Shown here: positions 55,932-64,000 of the stretch, in pieces
Numbering within the stretch: the first letter of the stretch is position 1
Layout: every line of letters starts with the position of its first letter
Virus record (IMG/VR): IMGVR_UViG_3300042397_000475
Coordinates: 2,254-66,253 of that record
Direction: 5' to 3' (one strand)
DNA: 64,000 nucleotides
Origin: a virus
The notes under the pieces: generated by a model
What the model saw: the letters and a program-made list of their open reading frames with translations, nothing else
Database searches by the model: none
Told to the model about the DNA's origin: nothing
Program-made: the position numbers and the translations under genes

Positions 55932-56624
55932 TTACCTTTCGTCTAATCTCTGATTGTTATCTCTCATTGCTTCAACAGAAGCAACATCTCCGTCTTTTAA
56001 TGATATACCTAAGTACATTAGTGCGCGAGTCACAATGTCAGAAAAGTATCTTTCGTCAATATCAATATCTACGCTACCTGTTGGATTATAAGTAAAATTA
56101 CCCCCGCTTGTAGTAAAAGCATAAACCCCCTTCTTAGGGCGTCTCATATATATTAATATGTACTCATATGTTGTTCCTGATGGAGGCACAGGTGCAAACT
56201 CTATCTTAGGTACGTTTACTGAACTTTCTTCAGCAACATATACCGTAGCAATTGGGTCGCTTAAACTTGGAGGTATAATTGCACTATTTTTTACTTCTAA
56301 AAACGTATCCCAGTTATATAATCTCCCTTCTACAGTATTTGCCCCGTCTTTAATATAAATAGTTAAGCCCTGAACATAATCATCTTGACCAATACTTTGA
56401 ATTGATGTAGAGCTACCTACAGTAAATGTCTTCTTCTTAACCAATAAATGGTCATAATCAAACTTCCCTGTTGATTGATATTTAACTAATGCAGCGTTTG
56501 TCCAATCGGACGCACTGCGATTAAGAGCCATATCTATATCTGCTGGACTAACAAACCCTCCTTTATTTTTCTTTATAATGGAGCGAATGAAGTCGTGCGC
56601 ATCCTTAATTGCTATATTAGCCAT
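55932..56624 (-). CDS. Tail ring / head-tail adaptor (P22 gp4-like)
   Basis: 230 aa; KNKGGFVSPADI, Y.RRP, ALMYLGIS. Confidence 0.7.
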   Translation of the reverse strand: MANIAIKDAHDFIRSIIKKNKGGFVSPADIDMALNRSASDWTNAALVKYQSTGKFDYDHLLVKKKTFTVGSSTSIQSIGQDDYVQGLTIYIKDGANTVEGRLYNWDTFLEVKNSAIIPPSLSDPIATVYVAEESSVNVPKIEFAPVPPSGTTYEYILIYMRRPKKGVYAFTTSGGNFTYNPTGSVDIDIDERYFSDIVTRALMYLGISLKDGDVASVEAMRDNNQRLDER

Positions 56625-56646
56625 TATACATAATGTTATATTTATC

Positions 56647-56654
56647 CAAAGTTA
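56647..56654 (-). promoter_or_regulatory. Bacteroidota -7 promoter element (TAACTTTG)
   Basis: Consensus match 22 nt upstream of the ATG at 56624. Confidence 0.6.
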
Positions 56655-56669
56655 TGAAATTTTATCTAT

Positions 56670-56707
56670 AAAAGACAATGCCCTGGCTCATAGAACCAAG
56701 GCATTAG
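56670..56707 (-). terminator. Rho-independent terminator
   Basis: Minus strand AATGCCCTTGGT-tctatg-AGCCAGGGCATT followed by GTCTTTT. Confidence 0.65.
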
Positions 56708-56733
56708 ATAAACAACCTATATGAAAAATTATT

Positions 56734-56937
56734 CTACTTTCTTAATCTTTTAACAATTTCGTTTAAAGCGTCTAATACATTAGTTTCTAGCTCTAATTTA
56801 GACTCAACAGGAATCTGTTCAATACCATCTAATATGTCTAAAAGCGACTTAATTTTAGCATCTTGGATTCCTAAGAACTTAATGTGCTCCATATCATCAA
56901 TACCGATGGCATCTGATGGAATCATAAATTGAATCAT
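56734..56937 (-). CDS. Hypothetical protein (67 aa)
   Basis: AACCAAACAA leader; followed by a terminator. Confidence 0.55.
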   Translation of the reverse strand: MIQFMIPSDAIGIDDMEHIKFLGIQDAKIKSLLDILDGIEQIPVESKLELETNVLDALNEIVKRLRK

Positions 56938-56965
56938 ATCCTATTGTTTGGTTGAGTAAAGATAC

Positions 56966-58246
56966 CTATAAATTTATCTTTGTCCCAATCATACCCAAAT
57001 AACTTTGTGGAATAATTGGGTTAGTATTGAATCCTGTCTTTAACGCAAAGTTAAACTTAAACCGTTTAGTAAGCGCTATATCAAAGGATGCGCCTGTAAG
57101 TACTCCAATGTCATCTGATGTGATAAACTTTTGTTGTGCCGTCAAGAATCCTGTTGAGCTACCTGATAGATAAATATCAGGAGAAATGGTTAGTCTCTTA
57201 CTAATCTTAACTGGTATAGTGTAGAATAGCATTACGTTATTACTGATGTTTAGCCCCACATCTGCGCCTGCAACACTAAGCGTATAGTTGGCTCCTGAGA
57301 CACCGTATTTCCCTAAAGGTTGGATATGTGCAGCAGTAACAAATCCAAGCGTTGTGCCCCCTAAATAGACGCCTGTCACACCAAAATTAGAGATAGATTG
57401 CATCTTGCCTTCTGAAAAGTTCATTAAGGTGTATCTGCCCGATAAAGCAAACTGGTCAAACGTAGACCATATCATAGAAGATATGCCCCACGAAGAGTTT
57501 CCCATTAGTGAACTTTGGCTAAGTCCTACGCTTGCGATAATAGAAACGATATCACTTGTTGGAGCGACCGTAAAGTCCGAGCTATATATAATCGGATTCG
57601 CCACAGCGTTCGATTTCTTGGACTCGCTTTTCTTTTCTGATTTGGATTCTTTCTTGCTTTCACTTTTTGATTCGGATTTAGATTCAGACTTCTCTTCGCT
57701 TTTAGACTCTGACTTTGTTTCTGACTTAGACTCTGTTTTAGGAGAACTGCTCTCGCCTTGAGATGAACTACTTGAACTGCTTGATGAAGGTGTACTACTA
57801 GGTGCTGGTGTTGAAGCTGCCGCACTACTTGCTGCAGAAGATGCTGCTCCTGATGCCGCTGAGGAGGCAGCTGATGTTGCCGCAGATGTTGCTGCTGAAG
57901 TAGCCGCCGCTGTCGCAGTTGCTGTTGCTGTGGCTGTTGCTTGCGCTACTGCCTGCTGAACTGCATTTGCTACTGTTTGTTGTACAGCAACTGTAGCTTG
58001 CGGGCAAGGAAAGTTTATAGTCAGGTCATTAATCCAAGCTTGTAGTGCGCCTGAAGTAATATCGTTTGCCGTTATTACTCTGTATTGACCTCTGTAGACA
58101 ACTGTGGTTTTCCCGTTAGCGATTGGCACAACTACAGTTGTTATTTTCCCGCTACAAGGGTCAACAAATACTTGTGTTAGTACTTGAGAAAACGCCTGTA
58201 TTTGTACTGTGAGTATAAGTACGAGCGCAATTACAAACCATTTCAC
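56966..58246 (-). CDS. Exported protein with low-complexity linker and C-terminal outer-membrane beta-barrel-like domain
   Basis: Signal peptide; A/T/S tract then SESK repeats; alternating amphipathic strands to the C-terminus. Confidence 0.65.
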   Translation of the reverse strand: MKWFVIALVLILTVQIQAFSQVLTQVFVDPCSGKITTVVVPIANGKTTVVYRGQYRVITANDITSGALQAWINDLTINFPCPQATVAVQQTVANAVQQAVAQATATATATATAAATSAATSAATSAASSAASGAASSAASSAAASTPAPSSTPSSSSSSSSSQGESSSPKTESKSETKSESKSEEKSESKSESKSESKKESKSEKKSESKKSNAVANPIIYSSDFTVAPTSDIVSIIASVGLSQSSLMGNSSWGISSMIWSTFDQFALSGRYTLMNFSEGKMQSISNFGVTGVYLGGTTLGFVTAAHIQPLGKYGVSGANYTLSVAGADVGLNISNNVMLFYTIPVKISKRLTISPDIYLSGSSTGFLTAQQKFITSDDIGVLTGASFDIALTKRFKFNFALKTGFNTNPIIPQSYLGMIGTKINL

Positions 58247-58947
58247 TTGAATATCTTCTTCTTAATCATCCGAACGATAATCTTAGCCGCAGCATTCTCT
58301 AGCGCTTTCTTGGTTGTTGTACCGATAGTAGACTGATTGAACTTAACCTCTGCGAAGTTGCCGTCATTCATTAATGTAGCCTCGCGCGTAGTTTTAGCTT
58401 CTCCTAATCCTGAACCTGTAAAGAACTCTCCAGTCTCTGCATTGACGAATTTTACCTGCAAACCTAATCGCGTGACTACAGTTTGTTTTGTGTCGCCCTT
58501 AATTGAAATGGATTCATCTTCACTAATTGAGAAGTCGTAGCATTCGATGTAAACAAAGTATTGAGCAAGCTTAATCTTGCCTCTACCGTCTAGTTTGTTT
58601 TCTGAGATTCCAGCTTGTGAGGCTTGGAACTGCTTTACCATCCTGTTCTTAATTTCCGCTTTATCTTCAGTAAACGTAAAACGGTTAGTTTCCTCTAGGA
58701 ACTCGATAACAATGTTGGTAACTCCAAGCCCCACACGCTTGTCTTTAAGCTCAGGATAAGCCGCATAGACCTCTTCATTGATGCCTAAAGATAATAGCTG
58801 AATAGGGATTTTTGGACCTTCGTAGTCCATTAACGAATCGATATTAATCTTCTTCTCAAACGAGGCTGTATAAGCTTCTGTCTTAACAGAGGCTACCTGT
58901 GCCGTTGCTGCAAATGAACATAACAATAAGACTAATATTTTCTTCAT
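58243..58947 (-). CDS. CsgG/HfaB-like (TolB-N fold) exported protein
   Basis: Signal peptide; GLGVTNIVIEFLEETNRF; GKIKLAQYFVY; LQVKFVNAETGEFFTGSGLGEA; STIGTTTKKALE. Confidence 0.7.
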   Translation of the reverse strand: MKKILVLLLCSFAATAQVASVKTEAYTASFEKKINIDSLMDYEGPKIPIQLLSLGINEEVYAAYPELKDKRVGLGVTNIVIEFLEETNRFTFTEDKAEIKNRMVKQFQASQAGISENKLDGRGKIKLAQYFVYIECYDFSISEDESISIKGDTKQTVVTRLGLQVKFVNAETGEFFTGSGLGEAKTTREATLMNDGNFAEVKFNQSTIGTTTKKALENAAAKIIVRMIKKKIFK

Positions 58948-58969
58948 AACGTTAAGTATCTTTTACAAA

Positions 58970-59230
58970 AATTTACATATTTGTAAATTATAGTTTATAT
59001 TACTAATGCAAACCATATCGGTTTGGATTTTTATTATTTTCCTCCCCATATTGGTTTGGATTTTTAACAACTTCCGAATTCGGCATCATTTTGTTACAGA
59101 TTTTGGCAAATAGGTAACACTAATTCGGAATTGTGCACAATGGAATGTTCAAATTATGCCCAATAATGTATAATATATCCATCATTAATACCTAAAAGCG
59201 GGGTTAATGTATAATATAACCAACATTAAT
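58970..59230. repeat. Cluster of paired direct repeats and palindromes
   Basis: IR 58970-89; 21-bp DR 59013/59046; IR 59072-80/59122-30; IR 59092-97/59114-19; palindrome 59130-41; 26-bp DR 59164/59205. Confidence 0.8.
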
Positions 59231-59538
59231 TACCACTTCGGCTCTTCTTGCAAAGCTTCTTTCTCTGTTTTCTTCTTAGGTGCCGCTGGTTTCTCTACAA
59301 CCCGCTCAACAACTCTTGTGCCGCCTGCTGATGCCGCTTGCTTCTGCTGTTGCGTGTTATTAGTTGTAATGTTAATTACGGGAGCAGGAGCTGTTACAGC
59401 AGCCGCTGGTTGTGCAGCCTCTTCTTCTCCTGTTAATTGTTTTGTTACAAATCCACCTACACCTAGTGCGATAGTACTTGCTAATCCGATAAGGATGCTC
59501 TTCAACGAGCCACCTTCATTTCCTGTATTCTCTTCCAT
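59230..59538 (-). CDS. Single-pass membrane protein (102 aa)
   Basis: Hydrophobic ILIGLASTIALGVGGFV; P/A/Q-rich tail. Confidence 0.7.
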   Translation of the reverse strand: MEENTGNEGGSLKSILIGLASTIALGVGGFVTKQLTGEEEAAQPAAAVTAPAPVINITTNNTQQQKQAASAGGTRVVERVVEKPAAPKKKTEKEALQEEPKW

Positions 59539-60107
59539 TATTTTAATTTTATTAATTTACAATTTTCAAAATGCCATCTTTTCATAGTATTATCCCCTCC
59601 TGCTTTCTCGCAATGTGGGCATATTATTATATTTGCTTTTTTACCTAATCTAGCTTTTTGGATATTTAATCTGTGTGTTTCACTTTTAGGTTTACGCATA
59701 TTCTTTTTAGCATCCTCTGTCTTTTTTATTCTAAATTTCTCAAGTGTTGATTCAGATAATACTTTTCCAGATTGAGCTAAACTCATTCTTTTTCGAGTCT
59801 CATCAGAAAAAACTACTCCAACGGCACCTTCGCCTCCATCAGTTAAATTAACCAAAGTGCCTAGTTTTCTATCTCTTCTTCCGTATAGCTTAATAAATTC
59901 AATTTCTTTTTCCTTAGCTACATCTAAATCTATGTCGTCAAAAAGGATATCAATCCTATATTCAGTTTTACTAGTTATATTTTTCCAATACAGACTTCTT
60001 CTTCCTGTATCTTTAGCTCTTTTGTATTTGCCACTATTGTCGCCTCCTATTCCTATATAAAATACTTTATTTGTATCTAGCCTTATATGTCGATAAACAT
60101 ATGCCAT
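59538..60107 (-). CDS. GIY-YIG-like homing endonuclease with NUMOD3 repeats
   Basis: AYVYRH...FYIGIG; E.EFIKLYGR; LVNLTDGGEG; SDETRKRMS; CPHC. Confidence 0.8.
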   Translation of the reverse strand: MAYVYRHIRLDTNKVFYIGIGGDNSGKYKRAKDTGRRSLYWKNITSKTEYRIDILFDDIDLDVAKEKEIEFIKLYGRRDRKLGTLVNLTDGGEGAVGVVFSDETRKRMSLAQSGKVLSESTLEKFRIKKTEDAKKNMRKPKSETHRLNIQKARLGKKANIIICPHCEKAGGDNTMKRWHFENCKLIKLK

Positions 60108-60108
60108 T

Positions 60109-60462
60109 TTAATTAATTATTAAAGGTTTTTTAATTGTTACACCCGATACATCTGTTAATGTAAGGTCATATAACCCACGGGATACTGTATCCAACTGGA
60201 TACTCTTTATTGTAGCTACAGACGTTGCTGTAAAACCAACTGTTTTAAAAGGTTCGGTTTTCCCGAACTTGTATAGCTGAATAGAGTATCTAGCACCTAC
60301 TACTGTATTTGCTACAATGGTTGCTGTCTGTCCATCCACTACTAAGCTAGAAATATCTGTCTTAGCAGGAGCAGAACCAAGGTTTACTTCCTTTTCTAAC
60401 ACTTCAATGTCGTGGCAAGCCGCCAGCATCACTATCAACAACAAAGCTACAATCTTCTTCAT
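60109..60462 (-). CDS. Lipoprotein (117 aa)
   Basis: MKKIVALLLIVMLAAC lipobox; Ig-like C-terminus GLYDLTLTD..G..IKKPLII. Confidence 0.75.
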   Translation of the reverse strand: MKKIVALLLIVMLAACHDIEVLEKEVNLGSAPAKTDISSLVVDGQTATIVANTVVGARYSIQLYKFGKTEPFKTVGFTATSVATIKSIQLDTVSRGLYDLTLTDVSGVTIKKPLIIN

Positions 60463-60467
60463 TTAAC

Positions 60468-62243
60468 TTAAAAGTTATTTATTCCTGTCAATTTTATAAC
60501 GTCTAGGTTTAAATTAATCCCTAGTTGGTAACCTGTTTTAGATGCGGCATCCATATTGGGAGACACGCGAATAACAGTATTGATGTCCGCACCATTGCCT
60601 ATTGTCTCAAACTTCAATACAAATGGAGTAAACTCGCCTGTCACAGGATTCTTTATTTCCTTGTCTATAGCTCCAATTCTTACCTTACCTTCTTTGTTCT
60701 GTACAAATGTATACCAAGTGTTAGGAAGCTCGTTTAACAACGATACAAATTTAACTTTTGTTGGGTCATAAACGAACTCAAATTGTAGTGCCGCGACATT
60801 ACTTGCCTTAGTATTTACTTTAACAGGTATATCAAAGCTATTAGTTGTCACAGTTTTTCCTAAAATTGTGACATCGATAGCAGGGATTAACTGAGGAGTA
60901 TTGATTAATAAGTGGGCTGTCTGAGTCATAGATAGGTTTTTCTTTAGACTAGGGACTGCGTTAGTAGCGATAGCATTATTAATTATAACCTGAGAGCTAT
61001 GGCTTCTGTTGATGTCTCCTGGGATAAGGAATCTAAGCTTTAATGGAAGATTCTTTCCAATTTCTGCTGTCTTAAAGCGTACATAATTATTAGGTGCATC
61101 CTTCCAATTTGCCGCAGTTAATCTATTAAACGTAGAGTCTGTGAACGTAGGCACACTCATATACATATCTGTTCCTGATGCGTAATTAGCAGGTAGCGTA
61201 ACTAAGTTCTCTACTCCTGTTACCTGTGCATATAGTCGTACCAAGTCTCCTCCGTCAAACTTCTTATTGAAGTTTACATCTGCCGCGTAGTATCCTGCAC
61301 CTGTGACGATGTTTTGATTCTTAAACGTTCCATCTAGGTTCTGTGTAACAAATTCTGCTTGAGCTGTTGTGTAATCAGATACAGATACTGCCGCGTCGGA
61401 TAGCTCCTTTATGGAGTCCATATTAAATAATGTCCGAACGTGGTAAACTGTGTTAGGCTTAAACTGAGTTTGGTCAACAGGAATCGTTCCGTCGGATAAC
61501 GCATCTACTAAGTAAGTTGTATTAGCAACGCTGTCAGTAAAGGCAATGCGATGAAGCGACTGCACGTCTACATTTGCGTTGTAATCAATTGTAGGGTTAA
61601 TATACCTAGTAGCTACTGGGTCTAGCATAATAACGCTTGTAAGAGGCGTTGTCATTAAGGTTGAACCAGATGTACCATTTTGATTAAATGCTGCAGCAAA
61701 GTTCATTACAATGGGATTCCAAGCGTATCCTGGGGAGTCCGTCTTTAGCTTAAATTTAAGAACTAATAACCTATCCTTGCCTAATCCGCCTGATGCAATA
61801 GACCAGTTAAGATATACACGGAGAATTGATTTTGGTCCACCTTGAGTGTAGTTATATTGAGAGTTATTGTAGTTAGTGTTGCCGTTATCTGTAGTGTTCT
61901 GTGTTGTCTTGTTGTAGCTATAGCCTGGATAATTCTGGAAGTCCATCGTTATCTGAGAGCCATAAGGAATAATACCGCCATTGCCTCCAGTTCCCGTGTG
62001 ATTAACAGAGATTAATTGAAAAGCTGTGTTTTGGTACTCAAAGTCAAAGTATAGTGCACGAGTGGATGTGTTATTGTTACCATCCGCCATAACGGTTACA
62101 AGGAACTCATCTCCCTTGTTAATTACATTGCCATCAACGTTGGTGTTAGTGTTTGCATTTTGCAAACTTAACTTAACTGTCTGAGCGTAAGAATGTCCAG
62201 TTAATGCGATAATAAACTGGACAATTAATAAGAGTTTTTTCAT
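60468..62243 (-). CDS. Exported cohesin/dockerin-like domain protein (591 aa)
   Basis: Signal peptide; N- and C-terminal cohesin-like segments (ALYFDFEYQNTAFQL; VAALQFEFVYDPTKVKF); dockerin-like AADVNFNKKFDGGDL and PGDINRS. Confidence 0.65.
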   Translation of the reverse strand: MKKLLLIVQFIIALTGHSYAQTVKLSLQNANTNTNVDGNVINKGDEFLVTVMADGNNNTSTRALYFDFEYQNTAFQLISVNHTGTGGNGGIIPYGSQITMDFQNYPGYSYNKTTQNTTDNGNTNYNNSQYNYTQGGPKSILRVYLNWSIASGGLGKDRLLVLKFKLKTDSPGYAWNPIVMNFAAAFNQNGTSGSTLMTTPLTSVIMLDPVATRYINPTIDYNANVDVQSLHRIAFTDSVANTTYLVDALSDGTIPVDQTQFKPNTVYHVRTLFNMDSIKELSDAAVSVSDYTTAQAEFVTQNLDGTFKNQNIVTGAGYYAADVNFNKKFDGGDLVRLYAQVTGVENLVTLPANYASGTDMYMSVPTFTDSTFNRLTAANWKDAPNNYVRFKTAEIGKNLPLKLRFLIPGDINRSHSSQVIINNAIATNAVPSLKKNLSMTQTAHLLINTPQLIPAIDVTILGKTVTTNSFDIPVKVNTKASNVAALQFEFVYDPTKVKFVSLLNELPNTWYTFVQNKEGKVRIGAIDKEIKNPVTGEFTPFVLKFETIGNGADINTVIRVSPNMDAASKTGYQLGINLNLDVIKLTGINNF

Positions 62244-62701
62244 TATAAGAGCTTAGTGATTAAGGTGTTACAAGATTTCTTTAATGCAGAGCTTAGATTG
62301 GTTTGGTTAAACTTGCCGCCCTCGTCAATTAGTAATGCAGACATTGAAACTTCAGCTGCTTGCTCTTCAACGATAACGGTCTTCTTAACCTTCCCATCCT
62401 GTATTAATTTGCCTCTCATTCTAATTACTACAGCTTCCTTGTTATTGTGGAATACTGATAGGTTAGACTGAGTTTTTAATACGTCTAAATAAAGAATCTC
62501 TACCTTAATCTGAGTTGGTGCGTCATCGGAGACATCGTGTCCTGCTTCTTGCAAGAACTCCTCTAACATATTCTTCACACCAAACTCTAAGTTCCTATTG
62601 CCAGCAAGAGCGCCAATCTGTACATTATTCTGTACAGATGCTACAGTTATTTCTTGTGGACTCATTGTCCAAAATAACAATATGCTGAGCAGTAGTCTCA
62701 T
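62243..62701 (-). CDS. Exported protein (152 aa)
   Basis: N-terminal hydrophobic signal; first gene of the exported-protein operon. Confidence 0.65.
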   Translation of the reverse strand: MRLLLSILLFWTMSPQEITVASVQNNVQIGALAGNRNLEFGVKNMLEEFLQEAGHDVSDDAPTQIKVEILYLDVLKTQSNLSVFHNNKEAVVIRMRGKLIQDGKVKKTVIVEEQAAEVSMSALLIDEGGKFNQTNLSSALKKSCNTLITKLL

Positions 62702-62703
62702 AA

Positions 62704-62829
62704 TTACCCTTGCCCCCTAGATTTCTTAGAAGGACTTTCTTTTGGACCATTTGTCTTCTTGTGCTTGCCGTTACGACGTACACCAAATACAACCTTTTTG
62801 TTCTCCGATGATGGTTTTTGCTTTGCCAT
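62704..62829 (-). CDS. Small basic peptide (41 aa, not in ORF track)
   Basis: MAKQKPSSENKKVVFGVRRNGKHKKTNGPKESPSKKSRGQG*. Confidence 0.6.
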   Translation of the reverse strand: MAKQKPSSENKKVVFGVRRNGKHKKTNGPKESPSKKSRGQG

Positions 62830-63698
62830 TATGCTAATAAATGATAGAACTCTTTAAAATGTTTCTGACGGTCTGCTAAACCAATAGTTCCACCGTTTAC
62901 GCGTTTAGTTACAGCAGTTACAACATCAGTGCTTGCACCTCTGTCACAAATAGACCATAAGTTGTTTTTCTTAAAGAAGAACGCTGCGGAGGCTAAAGGA
63001 TATTTAGTCGCTACCAAATCAGGGTTAGCTATAATGTCTTCAGGGACTGTAGCATCAAATGCTTCATAATTGTTCTTACCCGTGAGTTGGATATAGCCTC
63101 TTCCACGGTGCTTCCACCCGTCTCCTGATGCTTCGCTACCATTACCCATACGGTTAGCATAAACCTTGTTAGCAATCTTCTCAGGCTTGCGTTCGTATTG
63201 CATAGCAATTGTTACGCTAGGGAAGTATTTACGGAAGATTCCGCATAATCCTTTAGCCGAGTAATTAAGGTTTTCTTGTACAGCTCTAAAGCCACCTGAT
63301 TCGTGTCCGCATTGCGCTAAGAAATGAGCTAACCGTAATGGGGTTGTAATGCCAAAACGTGCTGCTGTATCAGGAATTTGGTCGATAACAGTTTGAGGAA
63401 CGTGTCCTTTAAGTGCATCTAGCTTAAATACATTAATAGTTGCGCTTGGAGCTGGTGGGGCAAATGATGCAGAAGTATTTATTACTACTGAATTATAAGA
63501 TGGAGGCGTTGCTACTGTAGAAAACATCTTTGACCACGTTGCATCTCCTACAATACCGTCAGGCGTTAAGCCGTGTGCTGATTGCCACCCTTTAACTGCT
63601 GCCTCTGTCTTAGGACCAAACTTACCAATAGGGTCTACGCCAAGCTTAATTTGAAGCTTAGTGACATCTTCTCCTTGTGAACCTACTCTTAGTAACAT
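62829..63698 (-). CDS. Endolysin: peptidoglycan-binding domain plus glycoside hydrolase family 19
   Basis: LRVGSQGEDV..LQ..LG...GKFGPKTEAAVK..Q...GL.PDGIVG; HFLAQCGHESGGF, ENLNYS, RGRGYIQLTGKNNY, VNGG. Confidence 0.92.
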   Translation of the reverse strand: MLLRVGSQGEDVTKLQIKLGVDPIGKFGPKTEAAVKGWQSAHGLTPDGIVGDATWSKMFSTVATPPSYNSVVINTSASFAPPAPSATINVFKLDALKGHVPQTVIDQIPDTAARFGITTPLRLAHFLAQCGHESGGFRAVQENLNYSAKGLCGIFRKYFPSVTIAMQYERKPEKIANKVYANRMGNGSEASGDGWKHRGRGYIQLTGKNNYEAFDATVPEDIIANPDLVATKYPLASAAFFFKKNNLWSICDRGASTDVVTAVTKRVNGGTIGLADRQKHFKEFYHLLA

Positions 63699-63699
63699 A

Positions 63700-63876
63700 T
63701 TATTTCTTTTTCTTAGCGTAGTGCTTCTTTTTCTTTTGTGTCGGTACTGCAACTTCTGCAATAGCTTCTGCTACAGCATCCTTAATTTCTACTACAGCGT
63801 CTTGAGTCTTCTCAACGGCTACTGCTACTTCTTTCTTCGCAGTAAACCACGCTTTAATACATCTGATTAAATACAT
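63700..63876 (-). CDS. Hypothetical protein (58 aa, not in ORF track)
   Basis: MYLIRCIKAWFTAKKEVAVAVEKTQ...KKKK*; fills the gap before the endolysin. Confidence 0.55.
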   Translation of the reverse strand: MYLIRCIKAWFTAKKEVAVAVEKTQDAVVEIKDAVAEAIAEVAVPTQKKKKHYAKKKK

Positions 63877-63877
63877 C

Positions 63878-64000
63878 TTATTTTATTTTATAGTAATAAC
63901 CAACACCGTAAAGCAATGTCCCATCGACATTAACTGATGCTTTCACATTATACAGCTGGTCTTTTTTGGTTTTATACATAATCCCTAATTCAGCACCTCT
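63878..64000 (-). CDS. 3' end of a lysis-region gene (possibly spanin-like)
   Basis: Open frame from the window edge ending ...YGVGYYYKIK*. Confidence 0.45.
   Translation of the reverse strand, partial: RGAELGIMYKTKKDQLYNVKASVNVDGTLLYGVGYYYKIK

Noticed and set aside
57600-57965. GCT/GCA-rich and TCTGA-type repeats as a DNA-level element
   Set aside because: Explained by the low-complexity A/T/S and SESK linker of the 426-aa protein
59207-59587. Plus-strand 126 aa ORF and similar antisense ORFs over the structural genes
   Set aside because: Shadow frames of well-supported minus-strand genes
58948-60107. Group I intron around the GIY-YIG-like gene
   Set aside because: Flanking genes are intact and abut the endonuclease gene; no P7/catalytic core elements recognised

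Overview
This window is most of the genome of a tailed phage of Bacteroidota (about 36-38% GC by eye), apparently circularly permuted and read in the standard genetic code. It has crAss-like/podovirus gene order and TAnnTTTG host-type promoters. The minus strand carries the virion genes at 1-18.8 kb (tail fibres, major capsid, portal, terminase, GroES-like protein) and 38.6-64 kb (ejection proteins, tail ring/muzzle proteins, an exported-protein operon with CsgG-like and cohesin/dockerin-like genes, GH19 endolysin). The plus strand (19.7-38.6 kb) carries early and replication genes (ArdC, lambda-O-like initiator, DnaB, nucleases, RusA-like). I did not recognise an integrase, DNA polymerase or virion RNA polymerase. 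The most striking content is non-coding. (1) The early transcript is a ~420 nt multi-pseudoknotted RNA, a tRNA-minihelix, and then small ORF cassettes; seven of them are preceded by a covarying hairpin 8-10 nt from the ATG, and two end in intact type I hammerhead ribozymes. (2) An array of three anticodon-less tRNA-like RNAs with structured spacers. (3) Two oppositely oriented copies of the initiator iteron array, 9 kb apart. (4) A kissing-loop attenuator ahead of the replication operon. (5) A dense cluster of paired operator-like motifs at 59 kb. All protein calls come from motifs and synteny read by eye; no database searches were run.
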